Part shown: piece after piece, positions 1 through 9,483 of the stretch
Numbering within the stretch: position 1 is the stretch's first letter
Layout: the number at the start of each line of letters is the position of its first letter
Made by a program: the position numbers and the translations under genes
From: Methanotrichaceae archaeon
GTDB taxonomy: Archaea; Halobacteriota; Methanosarcinia; Methanotrichales; Methanotrichaceae
Direction: 5' to 3'
Assembly: GCA_963813075.1 (NCBI GenBank)
Contig: CAWEXU010000030.1
Location: forward strand, 64,001 to 128,000
Length of the DNA stretch: 64,000 bases
The notes under the pieces: generated by a model
Told to the model about the DNA's origin: nothing
Seen by the model: the letters and a program-made list of their open reading frames with translations, nothing else
Databases searched by the model: none

Positions 1-525
1 ATTCAGTTTTGCTGGGAGACGCAGGATATACCATATTTCGGCGAGGCCATGTTGATCTCCGGGGTCTGCGAGTGCGGATTCCGCCATAGCGATACCATTC
101 TCTTGACCCAGAAGGAGCCGGTGAGAAATACCCTGACGGTGGAAACCCTGGAGGATCTGAACGCCAGGGTGATCCGCTCTTCCAGCGGGACGATTCGAGT
201 GCCTGAGCTGGGAGTGGACATAGAGCCGGGATATGCCTCAGACTCATATGTCTCCAATGTGGAAGGAGTGCTGAACCGGATAGAAGAGATTGTCTGCTTT
301 GCCACCTCCCAGGCCCGGGCGGCAGAGAATCAGGATGCCATCCGGAGAGGGGAGGAGATCCTGGAGAACATCGCCCTCGCCTGCAAAGGAGAGTTCCCTT
401 TAACCATCATCCTCGAGGATCCTTTAGGAAACAGCGCCATAGCCTCAGAAAAGACGATAGTTTCGCCCCTGACGGATGAGGACATAGCCCGCCTCCAGAC
501 AGGCATCATGCTTTTGGACATCTGA
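1..525 (+). CDS. ZPR1 zinc-finger domain protein (5' truncated by window edge)
   Basis: Frame is open from base 1 (IQFCWETQDIPYFGEAMLISGVCECGFRHSD...). DIPYFGE, C-x-C-G-F, VIRSSSG, NVEGVL and LEDPLGNS are ZPR1 motifs. Confidence 0.9.
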   Translation: MQFCWETQDIPYFGEAMLISGVCECGFRHSDTILLTQKEPVRNTLTVETLEDLNARVIRSSSGTIRVPELGVDIEPGYASDSYVSNVEGVLNRIEEIVCFATSQARAAENQDAIRRGEEILENIALACKGEFPLTIILEDPLGNSAIASEKTIVSPLTDEDIARLQTGIMLLDI

Positions 526-526
526 G

Positions 527-1420
527 ATGCTGATTTTGAGCGGAGGCACGGGAACTCCCAAGCTCCTGCGTGGGCTGAAGGAGCTGGTCGCTCCTGAGGA
601 CCTCTCAGTGGTGGTGAACACCGCTGAAGACCTCTGGATTTCCGGGAACTACATATCGCCGGATATTGATTCAGTTCTCTATACCCTGGCAGATATGATC
701 GATGAGAAGAGGTGGTGGGGCATAAAAGGGGACAGGACTCTAACCCACGACTTCCTCCTCATGATGGGAGTGGACGAGAAGCTCACCGTGGGAGATAGGG
801 ACCGGGCAGTGCACATATTTCGCACCAATCTCCTCCGCCGGGGGGTCAAGCTCAGCCTTACCACCGAGGCCATAGCCGAAGCCCTGGGGGTTATGCAGAG
901 GGTGGTCCCGATGACCGATGACATCGTCTCCACAGTCATCAGCACATCGGAGGGAATGATGCACTTTCAGGACTTCTGGGTGAGCCTGAAGGGGAAGCCA
1001 GAGGTTGAATCGGTGATCTTCACCGGATTGGAGGAGGCCCTCCCCTGCCCTGGATTCCTGGATCTATTGGAGAAGGAGGATACCATTATCATCGGCCCCA
1101 GCAATCCGGTCACCAGCATCGGTCCAATCCTCGCCCTCACCGGGGTGCGTGACCGCCTGAAGAAGAAGAAGGTGGTGGCGATCAGCCCATTTATAGGTAA
1201 CCGGCCGGTGAGCGGTCCGGCGGCAAAGCTCATGGAGGCCTGCGGTGTTCCGGCCAGCGATGAGGGGGTGGCAGAGCTCCTGGGCAAGATAGACCTCTTT
1301 GTGGTGGACAAGAAGAGCGACTACTCCGGGGAGTGCGTGCGTATGAAAACCCTTATGAGGACAAAAAATGAGAGTCTGGCAATGGCGAAAGGTTTGCTGG
1401 ATTTGATCGGATGTTCTTAG
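527..1420 (+). CDS. cofD: 2-phospho-L-lactate transferase (F420 biosynthesis)
   Basis: LSGGTGTPK, VNTAED, SPDIDSVLY, HFQDFWV, IGPSNPVTSIGPI and VSGPAAKLM motifs. Confidence 0.95.
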   Translation: MLILSGGTGTPKLLRGLKELVAPEDLSVVVNTAEDLWISGNYISPDIDSVLYTLADMIDEKRWWGIKGDRTLTHDFLLMMGVDEKLTVGDRDRAVHIFRTNLLRRGVKLSLTTEAIAEALGVMQRVVPMTDDIVSTVISTSEGMMHFQDFWVSLKGKPEVESVIFTGLEEALPCPGFLDLLEKEDTIIIGPSNPVTSIGPILALTGVRDRLKKKKVVAISPFIGNRPVSGPAAKLMEACGVPASDEGVAELLGKIDLFVVDKKSDYSGECVRMKTLMRTKNESLAMAKGLLDLIGCS

Positions 1421-2370
1421 GCGTAGACCACGGGACCACCGCTATCAGGTTTGCCAGTGAAAAGGGCTCCACTTATGAGCTCTCGCGCAGCCTGGCTGCT
1501 GATCTCTCTTCTGAGCAGATATTATCCCGGGTTATAGAGGGCCTGGGCCCGGAAAAGGTGGACCTGGTTGCTCTCTCCTACTCCATGGGCGACGGCCTGA
1601 CCAGTATCGTGAGGCTCGAGGACGCTGCCAACCGGGGGGTGATAAGCCAGGATGGGGCAGGCCTGCACCAGGGAGGAGGGACTCAGGTATTCGAGGCCGT
1701 CAAAGCATCGGGCTGGCCGGCCATACTTCTGCCCGGAATTCATCGCGCAAGCAGGATGGACCCCCGATTTCGGGTATTCAGCCACGGCATGAGCCCGGAG
1801 AAGGTGGGCCTCGCCTATGGCGTCTTCAGGAAGAAGAGCTCCAGCTTCATCGTTTGCGACGCCAGCTCCAATACGGTCAGCTTTGCTGTTCTGAATGGCG
1901 AGATCGCAGGGGCCATTGACGCCCCCATATTCGCCCCCGGCCTCTTGCAGGGACCTTTAGACGTACAGGCGATAAGAGATGTCGACTCCGGAAGGCTGAC
2001 CGCAAACCAGGCCTTCAATTGGGGTGGCATCCTCTCCAAGATGGGGCGGAAGGGTTTGGATCAATGCTCCCAAGAGGAACGCCATCTGGCCACAGAGACC
2101 CTCGCCCTCTTCGCCGCCATGGAGATCAGTGCCCTTCTGGTCCTCTGCCGTGACCTGGGCCATGAGGCCCCAACGCTCTTCCTGGCCGGAAGCCCGGCGA
2201 AGGAGATTGAGCCGCGGGTATCTGCCCTCCTGGATAGAGCGGTCCTGCCCCTGGAGAGATCGGCGGCTGCTCAGGGCTGCGCCTGGATAGCAGAGGACGT
2301 ATTCGCCGGAAGGGAGAGTATCCTGGGAATTGCCGTCGATGAGAGGGTCGGGGCAGGAAAGAAAGGTTAA
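1411..2370 (+). CDS. Methanogenesis marker protein 12 (UPF0285, ASKHA-like)
   Basis: MFLGVDHGTTAIRF, YSMGDG, FSHGMSPEK, DASSNTV and GPLDV motifs. Confidence 0.9.
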   Translation: MFLGVDHGTTAIRFASEKGSTYELSRSLAADLSSEQILSRVIEGLGPEKVDLVALSYSMGDGLTSIVRLEDAANRGVISQDGAGLHQGGGTQVFEAVKASGWPAILLPGIHRASRMDPRFRVFSHGMSPEKVGLAYGVFRKKSSSFIVCDASSNTVSFAVLNGEIAGAIDAPIFAPGLLQGPLDVQAIRDVDSGRLTANQAFNWGGILSKMGRKGLDQCSQEERHLATETLALFAAMEISALLVLCRDLGHEAPTLFLAGSPAKEIEPRVSALLDRAVLPLERSAAAQGCAWIAEDVFAGRESILGIAVDERVGAGKKG

Positions 2371-2397
2371 TCCATCTGGCTGATAGAGGCCTAACTT

Positions 2398-2643
2398 ATG
2401 GAGACGATTACCGATAGAGAGATACGGGATCTGGAGGACCGGGCCTCATACATCAAGGGCGAGAAGGCCAAAGTTCTGAAAGAGGAGGCAGAGCTTGCCA
2501 TGACCAGGGCAGAGGCCGCGGGATTGGGTCCGGAGCTGATCGACCGCCTTGATATCCTTTTGCTCAATCTCACCGAGGCATCGCGTGATGTCTGCACCAA
2601 TACCAGATGTCCTCATTACGGCAAAAAGTGCAAGATGAGGTAA
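2398..2643 (+). CDS. Small hypothetical protein with C-terminal Cys cluster
   Basis: 81-aa ORF with typical codon usage, ending CTNTRCPHYGKKCKMR. Followed by a hairpin ATAGTCC..GGACTAT. Confidence 0.7.
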   Translation: METITDREIRDLEDRASYIKGEKAKVLKEEAELAMTRAEAAGLGPELIDRLDILLLNLTEASRDVCTNTRCPHYGKKCKMR

Positions 2644-2702
2644 GGGAATGATAATAATAGTCCCGGCATCAGCCAGGACTATGGATAAAAGTAATATTAT
2701 TT

Positions 2703-2810
2703 TTACCTGACTCCGGACCTGCTATCAGACCACTTATTCAGGAGCGTAGGTAGGGCGACGACAAGCACACCAAATAGAATAATGGCGTATATCTGAGACA
2801 TCATATCCAT
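2703..2810 (-). CDS. Putative 35-aa single-TM microprotein (not in ORF track)
   Basis: GGAGGTGA RBS 6 nt upstream of ATG. Sequence MDMMSQIYAIILFGVLVVALPTLLNKWSDSRSGVR*. Confidence 0.55.
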   Translation of the reverse strand: MDMMSQIYAIILFGVLVVALPTLLNKWSDSRSGVR

Positions 2811-3449
2811 CTTTTCTCACCTCCGGAAATTGGTATATTGACCCGGTTGGGTTTAGGTGCAGACCATGATAAACTTTTTGCTGCCAGATGCCAGGCAGCC
2901 TGAGATCATCAGCCCGGTGCAGCATGGATTTGGGACGTAGGAAGGAAAAATACAGGCCAAACCACAAGGAGACAAGCGATTCCTTAGCTCTTCGGGAAAA
3001 AGGAAAAAAAGGTGGCTCTTCGCTGTTTCTTGTGGGCTAAAATCAGGTTACTATGGTTTTGCCGTTTTAGTTCATCTGCATACGTACTCTGTGAACTGTG
3101 AGCTATGTGGTTGAAACGTTGCCAGCCGCAGGTTATGCAGTTGCTAACGACTACCGCAGAGGCACAGAGCGCACGGAGAACTCACGAGAGAACTCATGAT
3201 CGATTACCCACTCGACATAGCGAGGAACCAAAAAGGTAAAATTGGTAAAAAAGGTAAAAAGCAATTTAACCTTTTTGTTAAATGTAAATTTACTAATTAG
3301 GGGCCTTATAGGAAAAACTAAGATCGATTAAGCAATTAAATGATAGCAAAATTGTCTATTATCGGAAAAGGTTTAAATAATCTAAACTCATGCCTTGTGA
3401 CTGTGAACTGGCCCAGGGAGATGATCGGTCCAGAGCACAGGAGATGAAT

Positions 3450-3599
3450 ATGGCAGGCTTTACACAGAATGAACCACCCAATGTGGGGAAGGATGTACAG
3501 GTCAAGGGATCTTTAACATCAGAGGACGGCGGATTTTACACCATCATTGTATCTGCAATCATATTCTTGATTGCCGCACTATCCGGTCATCTGGCATAG
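3450..3599 (+). CDS. Putative 49-aa protein with C-terminal TM helix
   Basis: CAGGAG RBS upstream of ATG 3450 and BRE/TATA (GGAAAAGGTTTAAATA) at ~3364-3379. Hydrophobic C-terminus FYTIIVSAIIFLIAALSGHLA. Confidence 0.55.
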   Translation: MAGFTQNEPPNVGKDVQVKGSLTSEDGGFYTIIVSAIIFLIAALSGHLA

Positions 3600-3708
3600 A
3601 AAAGTTCATTTAATAAATATTTTTAGTCTCTGTATTCCTTTCGCCCTTTATCGACAACTTTCCGGGCGCATCTGCTTTCTTGGCCAATCGCAGCGTGGCC
3701 TCTTCGCT

Positions 3709-4356
3709 CTATATCGGAGGGGATCTCTTTTTTCCTCTGCCGGGCAGAGTTCTATATATCCGTGCCCCTGAGGCGATCGCTCCGGAGGCACTCAGCCTCT
3801 GGATATGAGGCGATATATCCCCGCTCCTCTGCAGGAACTGCTCAGCCACCAGCCCCTCCAGCTTCTTTTTGTCCACCATCTTCCCCTTTCCAATCCCCGG
3901 ACAGGTGGGATTGTAGCTGATGTTAAGAAGTATATCTCCATTGGATAGCGTCTCCTCTTCCACCCGAAAAGGAAAGAGCCGGCAGGCGATCGGACGCATG
4001 GAATAGATGCTGCAGCCCTCCCGGTAGAAGACGCAGGTGGTATCCTCTTTGCTTTTCATCACCGGCAGGTCGAGGATCACCCGTCGCCCCTCATCCTCGA
4101 TTCTAACATAGCAGCCACTGTATTCGTATAGGGTATCCACGAAGTCCGGGGGCCTTTTGCCCGTCCTTTTGCTGATGGCACAGACATCCTTCTCCGTGAG
4201 ATAGATCAGGTTGGAGCTTCTCCAAAAATCCTCTATCTGCTCAGAGGGAATGAGATCATCGAACTCCAGAGGCCTTTTATGGTGGCAGCATGAGCCGCAC
4301 CTCTGGCACTGGAATCGGATATTGCCAAATATGGCTTTTACCATAACCCGGGGCAT
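3709..4356 (-). CDS. YkgJ/FliB family CxxCxxCC cysteine-cluster protein
   Basis: FQCQRCGSCC ... CVFY..GCSIY..RPIACRLFPF ... CPGIG. ATG at 4356 follows a GAGGGG RBS. Confidence 0.9.
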   Translation of the reverse strand: MPRVMVKAIFGNIRFQCQRCGSCCHHKRPLEFDDLIPSEQIEDFWRSSNLIYLTEKDVCAISKRTGKRPPDFVDTLYEYSGCYVRIEDEGRRVILDLPVMKSKEDTTCVFYREGCSIYSMRPIACRLFPFRVEEETLSNGDILLNISYNPTCPGIGKGKMVDKKKLEGLVAEQFLQRSGDISPHIQRLSASGAIASGARIYRTLPGRGKKRSPPI

Positions 4357-4392
4357 AAATCCCCTCAAAAAAAGAGAAAAGGAGAAGGCGAC

Positions 4393-5328
4393 CTAAAGGG
4401 TCGTCTTCAGGGGATGCTTCTCGGCCAGAACTTCCAGTCCCAGCTCCTGGGCGGACTCTGCCTTCATGATATCCACCATTGCTGCCGCGGGGAAGATCAT
4501 GGGGGCGTTCTCAATGGGCCCGTAGAGGTAGTAGTCAGCACCGACGATTCCGGCCACCAGGTTCGAGCCGATATCGACAGGAGCGAAAGCCTCCTTGTGC
4601 TGCTTCTTCCACTTCTTCATCCAGTCCCAGGCAGATGCGCCGTTATGGAATCCTCCGCCCACCGGCAGGCCGTACATGGCCTTGATGGCGATGCAAGCCC
4701 TGTAGGTTGCACCGGATCCGGCTCCCAGGGGCATGGCTGCGGTATCGATGAGAGGCCTGGTGATGCCGCACTCTTTGGCGTAATCCATCAGAGGCTTCTG
4801 AGCGCCGCCTGCGGCCTTGTTCATCATGTCCAGCTTGCCCTTGGTCCCCTTCTCAATGGCGTTGAAGATGAGGATGATCGCCGAGTCAAGATCGCTCTCT
4901 TTGACTGCTGCCAGCTCCTCGGGGGTGATGGAGGCATTGATGGAGTTATGGATGGCTCTGTCTGCCACACCGATCTCTGTGGCGTGCTTGACGCCGAAGG
5001 CCCGCACCTCTGGGGCAGAGGAGTCGATGAGGAATGGGTAATCGGATATGCCCACGAACCAGTCTATCTCTTTGGCCATGGCCTCATTGCTCTCGGCCAC
5101 GATCTGGTTCATGCAGCTGTTTCCTGTAACCTCGCTCATCTCTACCTGGGTATTCCACAGCCGCTCTGCAGCTGCTACGTCAAAGACACCGTGCTCGGGG
5201 TCTGAGACTATCTTGTGTCTGGCATAGAACATGGTGCCAATGCAGCATGTGGGGTACTCGCCAGGCTGGCCCCCTAACTTGAATTTACCGAAATCGAAGA
5301 CTTCCTGCTTTCTATCAAATCTGAACAT
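4393..5328 (-). CDS. mtrH: Tetrahydromethanopterin S-methyltransferase subunit H
   Basis: MFRFDRKQEV..GGQPGEYPT, LIDSS, NSINAS and LYGPIENA motifs. Last gene of the mtr operon. Confidence 0.97.
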   Translation of the reverse strand: MFRFDRKQEVFDFGKFKLGGQPGEYPTCCIGTMFYARHKIVSDPEHGVFDVAAAERLWNTQVEMSEVTGNSCMNQIVAESNEAMAKEIDWFVGISDYPFLIDSSAPEVRAFGVKHATEIGVADRAIHNSINASITPEELAAVKESDLDSAIILIFNAIEKGTKGKLDMMNKAAGGAQKPLMDYAKECGITRPLIDTAAMPLGAGSGATYRACIAIKAMYGLPVGGGFHNGASAWDWMKKWKKQHKEAFAPVDIGSNLVAGIVGADYYLYGPIENAPMIFPAAAMVDIMKAESAQELGLEVLAEKHPLKTTL

Positions 5329-5586
5329 TCAAATCACCGCCGTCCAATTGCCTGCGTAAACGAACAGTACGTATGCTAAGACCAGGATCAATCCTGCGCA
5401 GATACCATAGGCCATGCCCAGATCTCTGCCGATGGATTTGCCGGCTCTCATATACTTCTCTGAGGAGTAGAACTCTATCTTCTCCTCTATCTTCTCCAGC
5501 CTTGCCATCACATCTCTGAGCTGATCAGGATCGACCACCGCAACGGGTACTACCGGCTTGGTATCTTCTGGCATATGTTCTGGCAT
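5329..5586 (-). CDS. mtrG: Mtr subunit G
   Basis: RLEKIEEKIEF..GKSIGRDLGMAYG plus a TM helix; operon position. Confidence 0.95.
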   Translation of the reverse strand: MPEHMPEDTKPVVPVAVVDPDQLRDVMARLEKIEEKIEFYSSEKYMRAGKSIGRDLGMAYGICAGLILVLAYVLFVYAGNWTAVI

Positions 5587-5589
5587 GGT

Positions 5590-5817
5590 TCAAATCCCTC
5601 CCATGAAGGCAAAAGGCCCCAGCATCATCACAATAGCGAGGACAAAGCCGATGGCAAATCCTACGGAGACCGTGGACATGACGCCAGAGCTGAGCTTGGT
5701 CTCCCTGGCCAGAAGCTGGCCCTTATACCGGACATCCTCTACAATCGCGTCGATCATGGGCATATTTGGCTCTATCACCGCGGGCAATCCCTGGCCATAT
5801 GCAATCTCTTCTGCCAT
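5590..5817 (-). CDS. mtrF: Mtr subunit F
   Basis: VEDVRYKGQLLARETKLSSGV plus a TM helix; operon position. Confidence 0.95.
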   Translation of the reverse strand: MAEEIAYGQGLPAVIEPNMPMIDAIVEDVRYKGQLLARETKLSSGVMSTVSVGFAIGFVLAIVMMLGPFAFMGGI

Positions 5818-5818
5818 T

Positions 5819-6550
5819 TTACATTCCTCCTGCCACTCTGAGAATCAATCCAAAGAGGACCAAGACCACGGTCATGCCCAGAGCTATGCCCTCGATCTTG
5901 CCGGCATAAATGCCCGCTTGGAGCTTATTGAGGAGGCCGACGTTGGTCACGGCGGTGTCTATGCCGCGCATCCGTCCCCTTACCTCCACCATCTCTGCTG
6001 CCATGGGCTTGAGGCCGCCTGCCTCTTCTTCTTCTCCGCCCTCTTTGATCTCAATGGCCATGGGCTCGACATCAAGAGCACCTGGGTCTTTGCTGGCCAG
6101 CTCTTTGACCTTGCCGGCAATGGCCCCGATGTCCTCGGTGTTCATCATCACGACCGCTTCGACCTGCTCCTTCCAGCGCTCAATGGCCTCGGGGGTCAGG
6201 TTCTGGATGAAGGGAATGGCTCCCTTGGCTCCGATGATCCTGCCTTCCTTGTCGATTCCGCTCTGGGTGAAGGCCTCGATCGCCTGCCCGGTGATGTGCC
6301 CCTTAACCTCCATTCCCGTGATCAGGACGTACCTGATGTTGGGGTTGGAGATGACATTGGCCACCATCTTCTCTATGCCGATGTTCTCGGTCTTGCAGGG
6401 CCCGGCCAGAGCCGCTCCCGCCTTGATCAGATCATCGTTGTGAAGGTGCGATCCGCAGGTACATACTGCGACCGGGCTCTCCGGATTTCCCACCTCATAC
6501 TCGCCTGTGATCGTCGGCCAGGGGTCAGAAGGCTTCTTTTTAAGAACCAT
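5819..6550 (-). CDS. mtrA: Mtr subunit A (corrinoid protein)
   Basis: WP..GEY..GNPESPVAVCTCGSH, CKTENIGIEK, EVKGHITGQ and GAIPFI motifs; C-terminal TM. Confidence 0.97.
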   Translation of the reverse strand: MVLKKKPSDPWPTITGEYEVGNPESPVAVCTCGSHLHNDDLIKAGAALAGPCKTENIGIEKMVANVISNPNIRYVLITGMEVKGHITGQAIEAFTQSGIDKEGRIIGAKGAIPFIQNLTPEAIERWKEQVEAVVMMNTEDIGAIAGKVKELASKDPGALDVEPMAIEIKEGGEEEEAGGLKPMAAEMVEVRGRMRGIDTAVTNVGLLNKLQAGIYAGKIEGIALGMTVVLVLFGLILRVAGGM

Positions 6551-6552
6551 CT

Positions 6553-6903
6553 CTAAGCACCTCCAAGAGCTTTCTTGACGATCTCAAATGTGGCCGGATT
6601 GGTGAACGCCATAGATAGCAGCAACACGAAGGACAGCACCAGACCGATGATGAATCCCATCCAGATGTTGGTGTATAGACCTGCTATGTATGATGCCTTT
6701 CCTCTTCTGGCGTACGACGACAGGAGCTCATTGTCCGGCACAAGCTGATTCACGAGGTCGTCAGCCACTTTGTCCAGTATTTCTATTTTCTCATAGACTG
6801 GGTCGAAGGTGAACAAGACCACGTCCGCCCTCTGCTCCGAGACCACTCCTTTCATGGGGTCGAAGATCAGGCCCAGTTCCGGTGAAACTCTAACAAATCC
6901 CAT
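6553..6903 (-). CDS. mtrB: Mtr subunit B
   Basis: VSPELGLIFDP, LDKVADDLVNQL and AGLYTN motifs plus TM; operon position. Confidence 0.95.
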   Translation of the reverse strand: MGFVRVSPELGLIFDPMKGVVSEQRADVVLFTFDPVYEKIEILDKVADDLVNQLVPDNELLSSYARRGKASYIAGLYTNIWMGFIIGLVLSFVLLLSMAFTNPATFEIVKKALGGA

Positions 6904-6915
6904 ATCTAGAACACC

Positions 6916-7752
6916 TCACTGCACCGTTGGCGGCAATAGTCCTGTTCCGACAACCGCGGATGCATCCCTCTTGACCAGACGGTAGAACATCTTGAAGAAG
7001 TAGAACCATATGGCAAAGCCGATGATGATCTGCAGCAGTCCTGCACTCAGGCCCTGGGTCAACAAGGCCCCAATTCCCGTGGTGATCATGGCCAGTCCGC
7101 CCACCATTATCGCATTAACCAGGGTCCTATCCTGCTTCTCATCCGGGCCTAGATTGGCATTGAAGGGATGCAGGATGGCAAGGCCTCCAGCGATGAAGAT
7201 GATGGCGATGTAGCCGGTCATGAGAACATCGTTCACAATATCGGCATATCCCAGAGTGCCGGATATGGCAAAGCTCCAGCCGAGAATGGCCAGTGCGCCT
7301 GCCATGGACAGATCGGCATTGCCCTCCTCCATCACCGGGATGTTGAACTTGATGACCTTGTTGGCGATGACGCCGATAACGTAGCCGAAGACGCCGGCAT
7401 AGACCAGGGTGATGATCGGGCCGAGCATTCCGAATCCCAGTGTTTCTGCCACAGAGAGACCGAACATAACGGCGATGATGCCCATGCCCAATGCGAGCAT
7501 GCCAATTGATGGAACTCCGGTACCAATACCGTAAGCGCAGACTCTTCGCACCGCATTGGCGCCCATGACCACGGCAAATATGGCGGCCACCGCTCCGATA
7601 AAGGAGAACACCTCGGTATTAAGGGCGGAATTGAGTATTGCGCCCAGATATATTCCCACAATAGAGCCCACCAGGCCGTACATTCTCAGCTTCTTGGGGT
7701 CATATGCAGACGGCGCTCCGCCTGCCGCTCCTCCTAAGGACATTTCAGGCAC
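6916..7752 (-). CDS. mtrC: Mtr subunit C
   Basis: VRRVCAYGIGTGVPSIGM, LHPFNANLGPDE and RDASAV motifs. Confidence 0.96.
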   Translation of the reverse strand: MPEMSLGGAAGGAPSAYDPKKLRMYGLVGSIVGIYLGAILNSALNTEVFSFIGAVAAIFAVVMGANAVRRVCAYGIGTGVPSIGMLALGMGIIAVMFGLSVAETLGFGMLGPIITLVYAGVFGYVIGVIANKVIKFNIPVMEEGNADLSMAGALAILGWSFAISGTLGYADIVNDVLMTGYIAIIFIAGGLAILHPFNANLGPDEKQDRTLVNAIMVGGLAMITTGIGALLTQGLSAGLLQIIIGFAIWFYFFKMFYRLVKRDASAVVGTGLLPPTVQ

Positions 7753-8434
7753 CTCCGGTGATCAACACTGATGCTAAAGCGAGCAGAATGCTGGCGATGG
7801 CGCAGGCTTTGAAGGCGAAGGGCCACTTCTTGAACTTGGGGTCATGGAAGCCCTCGATTGTTCCCTGGATGTTCCAGGAGGCAATCACAGCGTTCACCAG
7901 GAATATACCGATGGCGAACATGGCGCTCAAAGCGGCATTGCCGTTGATCAGATAGAGAGGATAATAGATCATGGCTCCGCCCAGGCCCCCCATCATGCCG
8001 CCGATAAGGCCGCTGACAAAGCAGATGGTGGGTATGCCCTGGCCGACTGTTCCCGGTGCCACATAAGGCGGCTGGGAAAATCCGGTTATGGGATCGTAGT
8101 TGACCTTGGCCGAGGCAAAGGGCACTCCTACGGCATAAGCGTATATCCAGGAGCCAGTGAGCATGGTAGATCCTATCATGATCCCTGCGCCGACAGCTCC
8201 TGAGGCCAGAATGATCCAGATGTTATCGGTAACTGACATCATCAGGCCGGCGGCCAATAAGCCAGTGAGGCCTGAACCAGCAGCGAGCTGCACTGTGCCC
8301 GTGCCGATGCCTGCTGCCTGGGCCATGGCCGCAGGCGCACCGCCCACAGGGACGAAGTGAACGCCAATCCCGACCAACAGCCCGCCCACGAGGATCTCCA
8401 GAATATATACAATAGTATAAGCATCGAAGTTCAT
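7745..8434 (-). CDS. mtrD: Mtr subunit D
   Basis: VHFVPVGGAPAAMAQA.GIGTGT.QLAAG and GTIEGFHDPKFK motifs. Confidence 0.97.
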   Translation of the reverse strand: MNFDAYTIVYILEILVGGLLVGIGVHFVPVGGAPAAMAQAAGIGTGTVQLAAGSGLTGLLAAGLMMSVTDNIWIILASGAVGAGIMIGSTMLTGSWIYAYAVGVPFASAKVNYDPITGFSQPPYVAPGTVGQGIPTICFVSGLIGGMMGGLGGAMIYYPLYLINGNAALSAMFAIGIFLVNAVIASWNIQGTIEGFHDPKFKKWPFAFKACAIASILLALASVLITGGA

Positions 8435-9336
8435 GCTGCTATATCCCCCTTGTACTCCGGATAAGCTCCGTACTTTCTCCTGGCGGACCTCTCTATGTAG
8501 AGGTTATAGGCGACCTCAACAAGAATGAAGAAGACACCCATGAGAATGGCATAAGATGCCTGGGTGACAGGATCAAATACCGTCGTCCTCCAGTTATCCA
8601 AAAAGACCGTCAGTCCGAAGCCCATTCCAGTGGCCGGCCCGCCGAATTTGGTGCAGAACCAGGCGTTGTCAATGGAGTTTCTCAGACCTGCCTCAGCCTT
8701 CCTCACGATCTGGCCGGAGAGCATGGTGTTCAGACCGCAGCCGAACTGCCGGTTCTGGAACTCTCTCTCGCCGCCATAATGAATATCTCCTACCGAGGAG
8801 CCGATAGCACCCACAGCCAGTCCCCAGATCAGAGCGATGATGGGCATTGGGAAGGGATGCGGCGTTGGCAGCATGTATACCATGATATACGAAATAGTTG
8901 CAATACAGAATGATGTTATCCAGGCATGCGCCATAATCGATGGCGTGGTGTACCTGACGATATCCAGATAGACCCACTGGTTGAACCTGGCCTGGCTGGA
9001 GTTCCTGCCAAAGTAGGCACTCATTGAAAAGACACCGTTGAATAAAGCGGCAACGGATGCGCCTGCTACCAGGGCAAGCAATGCGGGCATCTGGAAGGCG
9101 GTAATAAGCGTATAGGCTACAATAGCTGCTGTGGCACACCACAGGGCATTGGCCGGGGGTTCGCCCGAGATGGCCTTATTATAAATCCTGTGGGGGTTGC
9201 CGACCTGGGCAGCCAATTGTACTTGCGAGTTGGGATTGCTCTGAGATCCTATATCGGATTCTATATCTTCAGAGGCACCAGCAACTGTCGCAAGGGCTCC
9301 CATTGCAGCTATAAGCCCCATGCTAAATGCGTCCAT
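8431..9336 (-). CDS. mtrE: Mtr subunit E
   Basis: EDIESDIGSQSNPNSQVQLA, NKAISGEP and GDIHYGGERE motifs. Confidence 0.97.
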   Translation of the reverse strand: MDAFSMGLIAAMGALATVAGASEDIESDIGSQSNPNSQVQLAAQVGNPHRIYNKAISGEPPANALWCATAAIVAYTLITAFQMPALLALVAGASVAALFNGVFSMSAYFGRNSSQARFNQWVYLDIVRYTTPSIMAHAWITSFCIATISYIMVYMLPTPHPFPMPIIALIWGLAVGAIGSSVGDIHYGGEREFQNRQFGCGLNTMLSGQIVRKAEAGLRNSIDNAWFCTKFGGPATGMGFGLTVFLDNWRTTVFDPVTQASYAILMGVFFILVEVAYNLYIERSARRKYGAYPEYKGDIAA

Positions 9337-9420
9337 TTATTCCTCCTCCTTTTCATTTTACCAATTTCATAGTTTTCCCCTATAAAATTGGCTATGACGC
9401 TCTTGGTATCAATTAGCCAA

Positions 9421-9438
9421 ACTTATAAACCTTTCGCG
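9421..9438 (-). promoter_or_regulatory. BRE/TATA promoter of the mtr operon
   Basis: Minus strand reads CGCGAAAGGTTTATAAGT about 90 bp upstream of mtrE. Confidence 0.65.
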
Positions 9439-9483
9439 ATCCGGCAGGTAAATTTCCCGGATGGCGGATGGCAGGAAAAAATT

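Noticed and set aside
2895..2945. Fluoride riboswitch (minus-strand GCTGATGA)
   Set aside because: The required 5' GGCGATGG..CGCC element is absent.
3152..3198. Short CACAGAG/CACGGAG-type repeats
   Set aside because: A single degenerate cluster with no inverted partner; cannot support a REP or MITE call.
4414..6556. Long antisense ORFs over mtr genes (and similar ones across the window)
   Set aside because: Shadow frames caused by GC3-rich codon usage of the real genes on the opposite strand.
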